Origin: Planctomycetota bacterium
Lineage (GTDB): Bacteria > Planctomycetota > OFTM77
Length of the DNA: 64,000 bases
Direction: 5' to 3'
Assembly: GCA_040219065.1 (NCBI GenBank)
Contig: JAVJTD010000477.1
Span: forward strand, 1,520 to 65,519
The notes under the pieces are model-generated. The model ran no database searches and had not been told where the DNA came from. It saw only the letters and a list, made by a program, of their open reading frames with translations. Made by a program: the position numbers and the translations under genes. Below are positions 16,768-26,366 of the stretch, in pieces. The first letter of the stretch is position 1; the number at the start of each line of letters is the position of its first letter.

Positions 16768-19448
16768 CCTGGCGCCATCTTCTGCTCCTCGGAGCACTCC
16801 TCTGGCTCGCTCCTCTCGCGGCCGCTGGCGAGGACGATGACACGACTCCTTACGCGCTCGACTACCTCACGCCTCCCGACGGGGCTCGCCTCGAGGTCGG
16901 CGGCCTCGATTTCTTGCCCGACGGACGCCTCGTCGTCAGCACGCGGCGCGGGCAAGTCTGGATCGTCGAGAACGCGCTGGCGAACGATCCTTCCCAGGCG
17001 GAGTTCACCCTGTTCGCCGAGGGCCTTCGCGAAGGTCTCGGGCTCGAGATCGTCGACGGCGAGATCTACGTGCTGCAGCGCGGCGAGCTCTCTCGCCTCC
17101 GCGATGTCGACGGCGACGGCGTCTGCGACGACATCGACACGATCACCAACGACTGGGGCGTGAGCGGTAATTACCACGAGTTCGCCTTCGGGCTTCCGCG
17201 AGACGAAGAAGGCAACTTCTACCTGTCGCTCAACGTCTCGTTCTTCAGCCCGAAATGGTGGCACGGCAAATCTCCCGTTCCCTATCGTGGCTGGGTGCTG
17301 CAGGTGACACCTGACGGCCTGGTCCATCCGTTCGCCTCGGGATTCCGGAGCCCTTGCGGCATCAGCACGAATCCCGCGGGCGATGTCTTCGTCACTGACA
17401 ACCAGGGCGACTGGGTCGCGGCCTGTCCGATCTTGCATGTGCAAGAGGGGCGCTTCTACGGGCACCCGGCGTCACTCGATTGGACCGAGGCGTATCAGGA
17501 GTCGGGACGCCTCTCGACCGATACCGTACCACCCGAGCGTCGGCGCGCACCGGCCGCCGTCTGGCTGCCCTACAAGTGGTCGCGCTCGACGGGTAACATC
17601 GTCTTCGACGAGACCCAAGGGAAGTTCGGACCCTTCGAGGGTCAGGCCTTCGTCTCCGAGATGACCAACGGTCTCCTCATGCGCTCGCAGATGGAGAAGG
17701 TGCGCGGCGAATACCAGGGCGCCGTGTTCCTCTTCAAGGAGCACATCGGCTCGGCGACGCGGCTCCGATTTGCGCCCGATGGCTCGCTCTTCATCGGCAT
17801 GACCAATCGCGGCTGGGGCGGGCAAGCGCCGGCCGACGGGCTCGCCCGCCTTCGCTGGACGGGTGTCGTGCCGATGGAGATGAAGTCGGTCCACCTTCTG
17901 CAGACCGGCTTCGAGGTCACCTTCACCGAGCCGATCGGGGAGAGTGGGCTGACGCCCGAGCAGGTGGCGCTGGAGCAATACGACTTCAACTATTGGTGGG
18001 AGTACGGCTCTCCCGAAACCAACATCACGCCCATCGAGGTGACCGAGGTCGCGCTCTCCGAGGACCGATTGAAGGCGACCATCCTGACCGGCGGGTTGAA
18101 GCCGGGCATGATCGCGCGCGTGGTCCTGTCCGACGTCCGCTCGGCGAGCGGGCAGCGACTGGTACACGACGAGTTCGATTACACGATCAACCAGCTCCCC
18201 GAAGGCCCGAAGACCGACAAGCACGTGTCCAACCTGGTGGCGCCGCCGCCGACTCGCGAGCGTTGGGAAGAGGGCATGTTGATGCTCACACGCGTCGACC
18301 CCCTCGATGCCTGGGAAGGCGATGGCTGGCAAGCAGGTCGTGCGCGCTTCGAGCGCGGTGAGCCCGGGGCGATCGGCTTCGAAGAGCGAGGCGAGGAGCT
18401 GGTCAACGTCGGTGGCGAGGGCGCCCGAGATCTCGTCTCGAAGTACGCGTTCGGCGACGTCGACGTCCATGTCGAGTTCATGCTGCCGCAGGGTGGCAAC
18501 TCGGGCGTGTACCTGATGGGCCGTTACGAGGTGCAGCTCCTCGATAGCTCGGGCAAGGAGGAGCTGGGCTTCGGGGACTGTGGTGGCATCTACCAGGGCT
18601 GGGGCGACGGGAATGCGTGGCCCGGCCGGGCGCCGATGTTCAACGCCTTCCGCGGAGCCGGTCAGTGGCACTCGCTCGACATCAGCTTCGAGGCGCCGCG
18701 CTTCGACGAACAGGGTCGGAAGACCGCCAACGCGCGCTTCCTCCGCGTGAAGATCGACGATGTGCTCCTGCACGAGAACATCGAGGTCCCGAACCCGACG
18801 CGGGGCGCGGTCGGCAACGGCGAGGTAGCGGTGGGGCCTCTGCGCATCCAGGGCGATCACGGTCCGGTGGCGATCCGCAACGTGCGGGTGAAGCAGCGCG
18901 AGCTCCTCGAGCCCAAGAATGAGGATGACTGGACCCGCATCTTCGATGGCCAGACGCTCGATGGCTGGAAGACGGCCGACGAAGGGCAGTGGACAATCGA
19001 TGATGGAATGATCAAAGGTGAGGGCGGGCGATCGCATTTGTTCAGCCCGCGCGGGGACTACCGGAACTTCGAAGCGCGTGCCAAAGTGCGCATCAATGAT
19101 GGCGGCAACTCGGGCTTCTACTTCCGAACCACCTTCGGGCCGGGTTGGCCGGCGGGCTACGAGGCCCAGGTCAACAGCTCACACGCCGATCCCCAGAAGA
19201 CCGGCAGCCTGTACGGCATCGCTCCCGTCAAGGCGGGCCTCGTGCCGCCCAACACCTGGTTCGACTACCGAGTGACCTGCCGCGACGTCGAGAATGGTGT
19301 CCACGTCGTGATCCGCGTCAACGACGTCGTCGTCACCGATGTGGTCGACGAGAGCCGCCGCCACGACAAAGGGCACATCGCCCTGCAGCAGCATCACCAA
19401 GGATCGGTGGTCTGGTATCAGGACATCGAGGTGCGAGAGCTGAAGTGA
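16764..19448 (+). CDS. Secreted dehydrogenase-like beta-propeller domain (PVC-type putative membrane-bound dehydrogenase) followed by two DUF1080 (3-keto-disaccharide hydrolase-like) domains, 894 aa
   Basis: N-terminal region YALDYLTPPDGARLEVGGLDFLPDGRLVVSTRRGQVWIV... Two C-terminal repeats matching the DUF1080 pattern (WTRIFDGQTLDGWKT...NSGFYFR...YEAQV...). Translationally coupled to the cytochrome c gene. Confidence 0.7.
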   Translation: MTWRHLLLLGALLWLAPLAAAGEDDDTTPYALDYLTPPDGARLEVGGLDFLPDGRLVVSTRRGQVWIVENALANDPSQAEFTLFAEGLREGLGLEIVDGEIYVLQRGELSRLRDVDGDGVCDDIDTITNDWGVSGNYHEFAFGLPRDEEGNFYLSLNVSFFSPKWWHGKSPVPYRGWVLQVTPDGLVHPFASGFRSPCGISTNPAGDVFVTDNQGDWVAACPILHVQEGRFYGHPASLDWTEAYQESGRLSTDTVPPERRRAPAAVWLPYKWSRSTGNIVFDETQGKFGPFEGQAFVSEMTNGLLMRSQMEKVRGEYQGAVFLFKEHIGSATRLRFAPDGSLFIGMTNRGWGGQAPADGLARLRWTGVVPMEMKSVHLLQTGFEVTFTEPIGESGLTPEQVALEQYDFNYWWEYGSPETNITPIEVTEVALSEDRLKATILTGGLKPGMIARVVLSDVRSASGQRLVHDEFDYTINQLPEGPKTDKHVSNLVAPPPTRERWEEGMLMLTRVDPLDAWEGDGWQAGRARFERGEPGAIGFEERGEELVNVGGEGARDLVSKYAFGDVDVHVEFMLPQGGNSGVYLMGRYEVQLLDSSGKEELGFGDCGGIYQGWGDGNAWPGRAPMFNAFRGAGQWHSLDISFEAPRFDEQGRKTANARFLRVKIDDVLLHENIEVPNPTRGAVGNGEVAVGPLRIQGDHGPVAIRNVRVKQRELLEPKNEDDWTRIFDGQTLDGWKTADEGQWTIDDGMIKGEGGRSHLFSPRGDYRNFEARAKVRINDGGNSGFYFRTTFGPGWPAGYEAQVNSSHADPQKTGSLYGIAPVKAGLVPPNTWFDYRVTCRDVENGVHVVIRVNDVVVTDVVDESRRHDKGHIALQQHHQGSVVWYQDIEVRELK

Positions 19449-19539
19449 TGGTGCCGCTTGGAGACCCGACGTCGGGTGATCTGGCTTCCCGCTGACCGAG
19501 AGACCACGGACTTGCTGACCGAAGAGAGGGAGACTCCTG

Positions 19540-22125
19540 ATGAGACTTGCCACGTGGGCCGGCCTTCTGCTCTGGACGCTCACCGCCACCAGCGCTTTCG
19601 CCGAGGACCTCACTGACTACTTGCCGAGCGATGTCACCTACGACCCGTCCATCCCCGTGCCGAAGTCGGTGCTCGGGTTCGAGGTCGGCGAGTGGCACGT
19701 CCGACACGATCTCCTCGTCGAGTACATGAAGACGGTCGCAGCGAGCTCGGACCGGATGCGGATCGAAGAGACTGGCCGGACGCACGAGCAGAGGCCGCTG
19801 GTCATGCTCACCGTCTCGTCGCCCGCCAACCTGGCCAGGCTCGATGACATTCGAAGGCGACACCGTGAGCTCTCCGAAGGCGCGACCGAGATGCCCTCGG
19901 TCGAGGGGCTCCCAGCCGTGATCTGGATGGGGTACAGCATTCACGGCAACGAGTCGAGCGGCTCGAATGCGGCCCTCCTCGTCGCCTACCACCTGGCCGC
20001 GGCCCAGGGCGAGGAGATGAAGGCGCTGCTCGATGACGTGGTGATCCTCCTCGACCCCAGCCTCAATCCCGACGGGCTCGCCCGATTCGCCCAATGGGCG
20101 AACATGCACAAGGGCAAGCAGGTCGTCGGCAATCCCAGGAGCCGCGAGCATCAAGAGCACTGGCCCGGCGGACGGACCAACCACTACTGGTTCGACCTCA
20201 ACCGCGACTGGCTGCTGCTCCAGCATCCCGAGTCCCGCGCGCGCGTGGAGCAGTTTCACAAGTGGCGGCCGAACATCCTGACCGACCATCACGAGATGGG
20301 CAGCGACTCGACCTTCTTCTTCCAGCCCGGGATCCCCAGTCGGAAGAACCCCTTGACGCCTGCCAAGAACGTCGAGCTCACGGGCAAGATCGCCGAGTAC
20401 CACGCCGAGATCCTCGATCAGGAGGGGCGCCTCTATTACACCGAGGAGAGCTTCGACGACTTCTACTACGGCAAGGGCTCGACCTACCCCGACGTCCACG
20501 GCTCGATCGGGATCCTGTTCGAGCAAGCCAGCTCGCGCGGCCACTTGATGGAGACGAGCAACGGTCCGCTGCCGTTCTCCTACACGATCAAGAACCAGTT
20601 CCTCAGCTCGCTCTCGACGATGAAGGCGGCCAAGGACCTACGCCAAGATCTGCTCGCCTACCAGCACGAGTTCTACCGCAGCGCGCTCGCCGCGGCGAAG
20701 GAAGACCCGGTGCAGGCCTACGTGTTCGGCGAGGCCGAGGATCGGACGCGCACGAACTTGATGGTGGAGCTCCTGCTCGCGCATGATATCCAGGTCCATC
20801 GTCTGGGCAAGCGCTTCGAGCGTGGCGAGCGCGTGTTCGAGCCGGGAACGGCGTACATCGTTCCGGCGCTGCAGCCGCAGTATCGGCTCGTGAAGGCCGT
20901 CTTCGAGCGGCGCACCGAGTTCGAGGACGACGCCTTCTACGACGTCTCGGCGTGGACGTTTCCGCTGGCCTTCGGTCTGCCGAACCCGACCCTGAAGGCC
21001 GACGAGCTGTCGGGTGGGTTCATCGGTGAGCCGGTCCGCTCGGCGCCGACGCCGAAAGGGCACGTGCCGACCGAGTCGGCGCCGCGCTTCTACGCCTTCG
21101 AGTGGAGCGAGTTCTTCGCGCCGCGTGCGTTGTATCGGCTCGTCTCGGCGGGGCTGGAGGTGCGCACCGCCACCAAGCCGTTCACCTCCGAGACCGACCG
21201 CGGCCGACACGAGTTCGGGCGCGGGACGATCGTCATCCCGATGGGAGTGCAGGGTGATCTCGCTCCGCGAGTGCCTTCGATGCTCGAGGACATCGCTTCA
21301 AAGGACGGCATCGACTTCTGGGCGGTGAGCTCGGGATTGACGCCCGGCGGCATCGATCTCGGAAGCCCCAGCTTGGTGGAGCCATCCAATCCGAATGTCG
21401 TGCTCGTCGCCGGCGGTGGTGCCTCGTCGTACTCCGTCGGAGAGATCTGGCACCTCTTGGACGTGCGCTTCGAGATGCCCGTGACGGTGGTCGATGCCGA
21501 CGATCTCTCCCGGCTGGACTGGAACGAAGTCACGCATCTGGTACTGGTCTCGGGCGCGCAGTCCGCACTGCGAGGCGGAGCCCTCGACGACGTGAAGAGC
21601 TGGGTGCGGCAAGGCGGCACGGTCATCGCCATGCGAAGTGCCGCGAATTGGGCGGGCGACGAGCTCGTCTCCTCGGCCGAGCGATCGGAAGAAAAGGCGG
21701 ACGAGAAACCCGCCGTTCGCATTCCCTATGCGGACTACGAGGAGAATCGGGCGAAGGCTCTCGTCAGTGGCGCGATCTACGAGACGCGGCTCGATGTGAC
21801 GCATCCCTTGGGATACGGCTACCCCTACGATTGGCTGCCGGTCTTCCGGCGAGGGACATCGACGTTGCCGCTGAGCGCGGACCCTTACGCGACGGTGGCA
21901 CAGTACGTCGAGGCCCCCTTGCTCGCGGGCTACAGCTCCCAGCAAAGCCAGGGGGAGATCGCTGGAACGGCCGCCGTCATCGCGACGCGATCGGGAGGCG
22001 GTGTCGTCATCCAACTCGCCGATGGCCCCAACTTCCGCGCCTTCTGGCACGGCACCAACAAGCTGTTCATGAACAGCCTCTTCTTCTCGCCGTTGATCGG
22101 CTCGACCCGCGACACGCGGCAGTAG
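19540..22125 (+). CDS. Secreted M14-family zinc carboxypeptidase with large C-terminal extension, 861 aa
   Basis: Signal peptide MRLATWAGLLLWTLTATSAFA. IWMGYSIHGNESSGSNAALLVAYHLA (HxxE zinc motif of M14). Confidence 0.85.
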   Translation: MRLATWAGLLLWTLTATSAFAEDLTDYLPSDVTYDPSIPVPKSVLGFEVGEWHVRHDLLVEYMKTVAASSDRMRIEETGRTHEQRPLVMLTVSSPANLARLDDIRRRHRELSEGATEMPSVEGLPAVIWMGYSIHGNESSGSNAALLVAYHLAAAQGEEMKALLDDVVILLDPSLNPDGLARFAQWANMHKGKQVVGNPRSREHQEHWPGGRTNHYWFDLNRDWLLLQHPESRARVEQFHKWRPNILTDHHEMGSDSTFFFQPGIPSRKNPLTPAKNVELTGKIAEYHAEILDQEGRLYYTEESFDDFYYGKGSTYPDVHGSIGILFEQASSRGHLMETSNGPLPFSYTIKNQFLSSLSTMKAAKDLRQDLLAYQHEFYRSALAAAKEDPVQAYVFGEAEDRTRTNLMVELLLAHDIQVHRLGKRFERGERVFEPGTAYIVPALQPQYRLVKAVFERRTEFEDDAFYDVSAWTFPLAFGLPNPTLKADELSGGFIGEPVRSAPTPKGHVPTESAPRFYAFEWSEFFAPRALYRLVSAGLEVRTATKPFTSETDRGRHEFGRGTIVIPMGVQGDLAPRVPSMLEDIASKDGIDFWAVSSGLTPGGIDLGSPSLVEPSNPNVVLVAGGGASSYSVGEIWHLLDVRFEMPVTVVDADDLSRLDWNEVTHLVLVSGAQSALRGGALDDVKSWVRQGGTVIAMRSAANWAGDELVSSAERSEEKADEKPAVRIPYADYEENRAKALVSGAIYETRLDVTHPLGYGYPYDWLPVFRRGTSTLPLSADPYATVAQYVEAPLLAGYSSQQSQGEIAGTAAVIATRSGGGVVIQLADGPNFRAFWHGTNKLFMNSLFFSPLIGSTRDTRQ

Positions 22126-22232
22126 GAGAGGCGCGAGCCTCTTCATCGAGGCTTCAACGGCCATTGGCATTCTGGTCGAGAGCTCGCCAGCGCTTTGCGG
22201 CGAGCTCTCGACACGTTCTGTGAGACCGACCC

Positions 22233-22943
22233 GTGCTGCAGGCCAAATCCTGGATCTCGATCGCGATCGCCGGCGCGCTGCTGCCCGTGGCGATCTGGCT
22301 CCTGGTCTTCCATGAGGAGCCGATCGAGACGAGGCGTGGACGCGCGGTCGACACGCCATTGCTCGAGAGCGACTCGGAGTCCTCGGCCATCCCAGAGCTC
22401 GGGACATCGGTCTCTCAGGAGGATGCTGCCGAGCCGCAAGTCGATGAGGTTGCGAGTGGGGAAGCGGACGAGCCAGCCGAGGTCGAGAGCGAGTCCGTCG
22501 AATGGGATCCAGCCGATCCTTTGCGCAGCGAGGACCGTATCCCACCGGCCGGCTGGTTCCTGGCGCAGCGGTTCTACAATCCGGAAGGGCTGTCGCTCGA
22601 GGTCGAGATCATGGTCGAGCTCGAAAGAGAGCTGGCCGATCTGCGGGAGGAGCTGGGTGAGTGGAAAGCCCGGGCCAACCCCGTGCTCCAACGGGCCCTG
22701 ACCGACAAGAAGAACGAGGCGAAGGCAGAAGCGCCGAGCCTCGAACGAAGCCCACACGACCGAGAGAGCTGGCAAGGCGAAGACGTCGTCGGCAAAGGCC
22801 TCCGCAACGTCGACGGCAAGCCGGTCGTGATCACCCTGCACCGCGGCGAAGTCCCTGCGCTCGACGCCCTCCTCCTCGAACAAGACCGAGTCAAGGCCCT
22901 CGCCAGAGACCTCGTCCGAGACACCATGCGCTACGCAAGGTGA
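22233..22943 (+). CDS. Hypothetical membrane-anchored acidic protein, 236 aa; GTG start
   Basis: N-terminal TM helix WISIAIAGALLPVAIWLLVF, followed by an acidic region and a predicted coiled coil. Start codon uncertain (GTG at 22233, weak SD). Confidence 0.4.
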   Translation: MLQAKSWISIAIAGALLPVAIWLLVFHEEPIETRRGRAVDTPLLESDSESSAIPELGTSVSQEDAAEPQVDEVASGEADEPAEVESESVEWDPADPLRSEDRIPPAGWFLAQRFYNPEGLSLEVEIMVELERELADLREELGEWKARANPVLQRALTDKKNEAKAEAPSLERSPHDRESWQGEDVVGKGLRNVDGKPVVITLHRGEVPALDALLLEQDRVKALARDLVRDTMRYAR

Positions 22944-23089
22944 CCAGAGCCCCGAAACCAGAGCCCGCGCGGAAACCAGAGCCCGCGCGGAAACCAGAGC
23001 CCGCGCGACCGAAACGGAGAGAGACCGCAGAGCTAGCAGCCGCTTGCTCGACGGTGCCACCGATCGAACGAAAAGGCGCCGAGCAAGGG
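22943..23089 (+). repeat. Copy A of the dispersed 99-nt intergenic element (core 22991..23089), preceded by 18-bp tandem expansions of its 5-prime end (CCAGAGCCCGCGCGGAAA x2 plus partial copies, 22943..22992)
   Basis: Core begins aaccagagcccgcgcgaccgaaacgg and ends gcgccgagcaagggg, as in copy B. The middle contains the stem gcttgctcg/cgagcaag. The tandem units are read directly from the sequence. Confidence 0.65.
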
Positions 23090-23228
23090 GGCGCGTTCTG
23101 TGAGCCGGCTTCGGCGCACCGGCTTCAGCCGGTCTCGGAAGCCATGGCGCAGGCGCAGCACGGTTGACGGCAGGTATCGATCTCCATTCGAATGGGCTGG
23201 GCAGACGGGTGTCAAAGCAGGAGGGCTT

Positions 23229-24233
23229 GTGAGGATCATCGCGCTCGTGGCAATCAGCATCCTGATCGCGTTGACGTTCGCCTTCTTCTCGAAGGAGTCG
23301 ACGAATGAGGAGCCGGCACGATCTCCCGGGATCGTCGCAACCTCAGAGCATCGATCGGAAACACCCTCGATCGGTCTGGAGCCTTCGCCTGCCCCAGAGA
23401 CGGATGCCTCTCTCGAGGAGCTTCCAGATGAGCTGATCTATCCGGAGATCACCTCGAAGGACCTGGTGAGCCAGGCGACCGTGCGAGCCGATCACAAAGA
23501 GCTGCTGCGACTGTACCGAAAGTGGGCAGAGGCCGGCACGGACTCGGTGGCTCGTTCACAGATCCTGGTCTACTTCGCGAAGCTCAGCGACTCGGCCCTG
23601 GGTGAGCGGTTCTTGCTCGAGGCGATCAGCAGCGAGAAGCCGGGAAGCGACGGATCGAAGCACTCGGCGCTGGGAGGGATGAGCCTGGGCAAAGAGCTCT
23701 GGACCCGAAATCCGGGAGCGGCCGTGGAAGCCCGCAATCGGCTGCTCGGCGAAGCCAACTCCAACCTCCAGATGGCTCTGATGTACGGCTTGGTCGAGCA
23801 CTCCGAGGCCATCGGCAGCGAGGTATTGGGAGCTGATCTGAAGGCTCTCTACTTGCAGTCGGAGGACAGTCTGCTGCGACAGAACCTCCCGAAGCAACTG
23901 CTGCGGATCGGGGAGCACGAAACGGCGTTCGATGTCGCGAGCCTTGGCATTCGAAGGCCCATCGTCTCGGGGCGAGACGATGGTGAAATCTGCTCTTCCG
24001 CGACGGCGCTGGCGAGCGTCTACGAAAGCCTGCCGGAGAAGCGATCGTCCATCGTCTCGACCCTCCTCGAGACGGCCATGCGATCCGACATCAGCCCGGT
24101 GACTTTCGGGTATGTCATCGACGCCCTGAAGGAAGTTCACCCCGAGTCGCTGACCTCGCTACGCGGCCGCATCGGCATACCAGATCAAAGTGCCGATCGA
24201 TACCTGGAACGCGCATTGAGCTCGTCGAAGTGA
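23229..24233 (+). CDS. Hypothetical protein with N-terminal TM anchor and alpha-helical repeat region, about 334 aa; GTG start
   Basis: GTG 23229 after GGAGGG. (V)RIIALVAISILIALTFAFF then helical repeats. No recognised domain. Confidence 0.45.
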   Translation: MRIIALVAISILIALTFAFFSKESTNEEPARSPGIVATSEHRSETPSIGLEPSPAPETDASLEELPDELIYPEITSKDLVSQATVRADHKELLRLYRKWAEAGTDSVARSQILVYFAKLSDSALGERFLLEAISSEKPGSDGSKHSALGGMSLGKELWTRNPGAAVEARNRLLGEANSNLQMALMYGLVEHSEAIGSEVLGADLKALYLQSEDSLLRQNLPKQLLRIGEHETAFDVASLGIRRPIVSGRDDGEICSSATALASVYESLPEKRSSIVSTLLETAMRSDISPVTFGYVIDALKEVHPESLTSLRGRIGIPDQSADRYLERALSSSK

Positions 24234-24547
24234 TCGTCGCTGATCTGAAATCAGAGCCCGCACGGGTCCCTGACACGGCGCCGTTCCCGTAGGGATGGTG
24301 TGGCTCCCGGCGAGGACCTCATCCGTCTGGCGATGAGTAAGGGACGATTCGACATGCCCGTCGGTCAGGGCGTCGGAACGCTCCCTCGCCTTCGTCTGCG
24401 GGATCCGGTCCCGTCGTCCCTCACGAGGCCTCGGTGAATCGATCATGAGCTCTGTGCACGCGAGCGAGTTCCCGAACTTGCGACAGGGACCTGTTCGGGC
24501 TCCGATCGTTTCACCCCCTGAATGCTCCGGCGCTGCCGGCGGTCAAG

Positions 24548-24572
24548 AGGGGAGCCTCGCGCGGAGGCCCCC
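24548..24572 (-). terminator. GC-rich hairpin (GGGGAGCCTC-GCGC-GGAGGCCCCCC) 10 nt downstream of the ahcY stop
   Basis: Inverted repeat seen directly. Confidence 0.35.
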
Positions 24573-24582
24573 CTTTCGCATC

Positions 24583-26049
<1,467 letters not shown>

Positions 26050-26262
26050 TTGAATCCTAACTGTAAGTCCAGTCTGATATTTGCGTGCCCGAGCCGGGCG
26101 CGAGGGCGCGAGCCGCGAACTGGCCGCCCCGAACAATCTTCCTATCACGATTCGTTGATAGGTTATTCCTCGGTTTCACTTCGGTCAAGCACGGAAACCG
26201 AAGGAAGCTCCACCCACCGCTCGCCGACTCAGCACGCGAGGCCAGGCCTCGCAGAGACGAGC
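26050..26262 (-). promoter_or_regulatory. Long (about 210 nt) relatively AT-rich structured 5-prime leader of ahcY containing mutually exclusive hairpins (top-strand 26167..26207) and a CTATCA-N8-TGATAG hairpin
   Basis: Top strand TTCCTCGGTTTC...GAAACCGAAGGAA (12-bp stem, one bulge) overlaps the alternative pairing CTTCGGT...ACCGAAG. No canonical SAH-riboswitch blocks recognisable by eye. Confidence 0.4.
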
Positions 26263-26302
26263 GAAGAAAGGCCCGGGCGGCTCTGTTCAGCTCGCCCGGG
26301 TC
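26263..26302 (-). terminator. Hairpin CCCGGGCG-N14-CGCCCGGG followed (on the minus strand) by CTTTCTTC; terminator of the beta-helix gene, about 65 nt after its stop
   Basis: Inverted repeat plus T-rich tail seen directly. Confidence 0.45.
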
Positions 26303-26366
26303 TCGTCGAATGGTGTGTTCTCGCCGGTCGCGTCCGAAGAGTGGAGGTCACCGGCATCCTGCAGGC

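Noticed and set aside
22661-23167. ORF encoding PEPARK-PEPARK-PEPAR repeats
   Set aside because: The repeat is the 18-bp non-coding tandem expansion of intergenic element A. Other copies of the element are read in different frames, so there is no coding conservation.
26050-26262. Canonical SAH riboswitch upstream of ahcY
   Set aside because: The conserved sequence blocks of the known SAH riboswitch are not present by eye. Retained only as a structured leader of unknown type.
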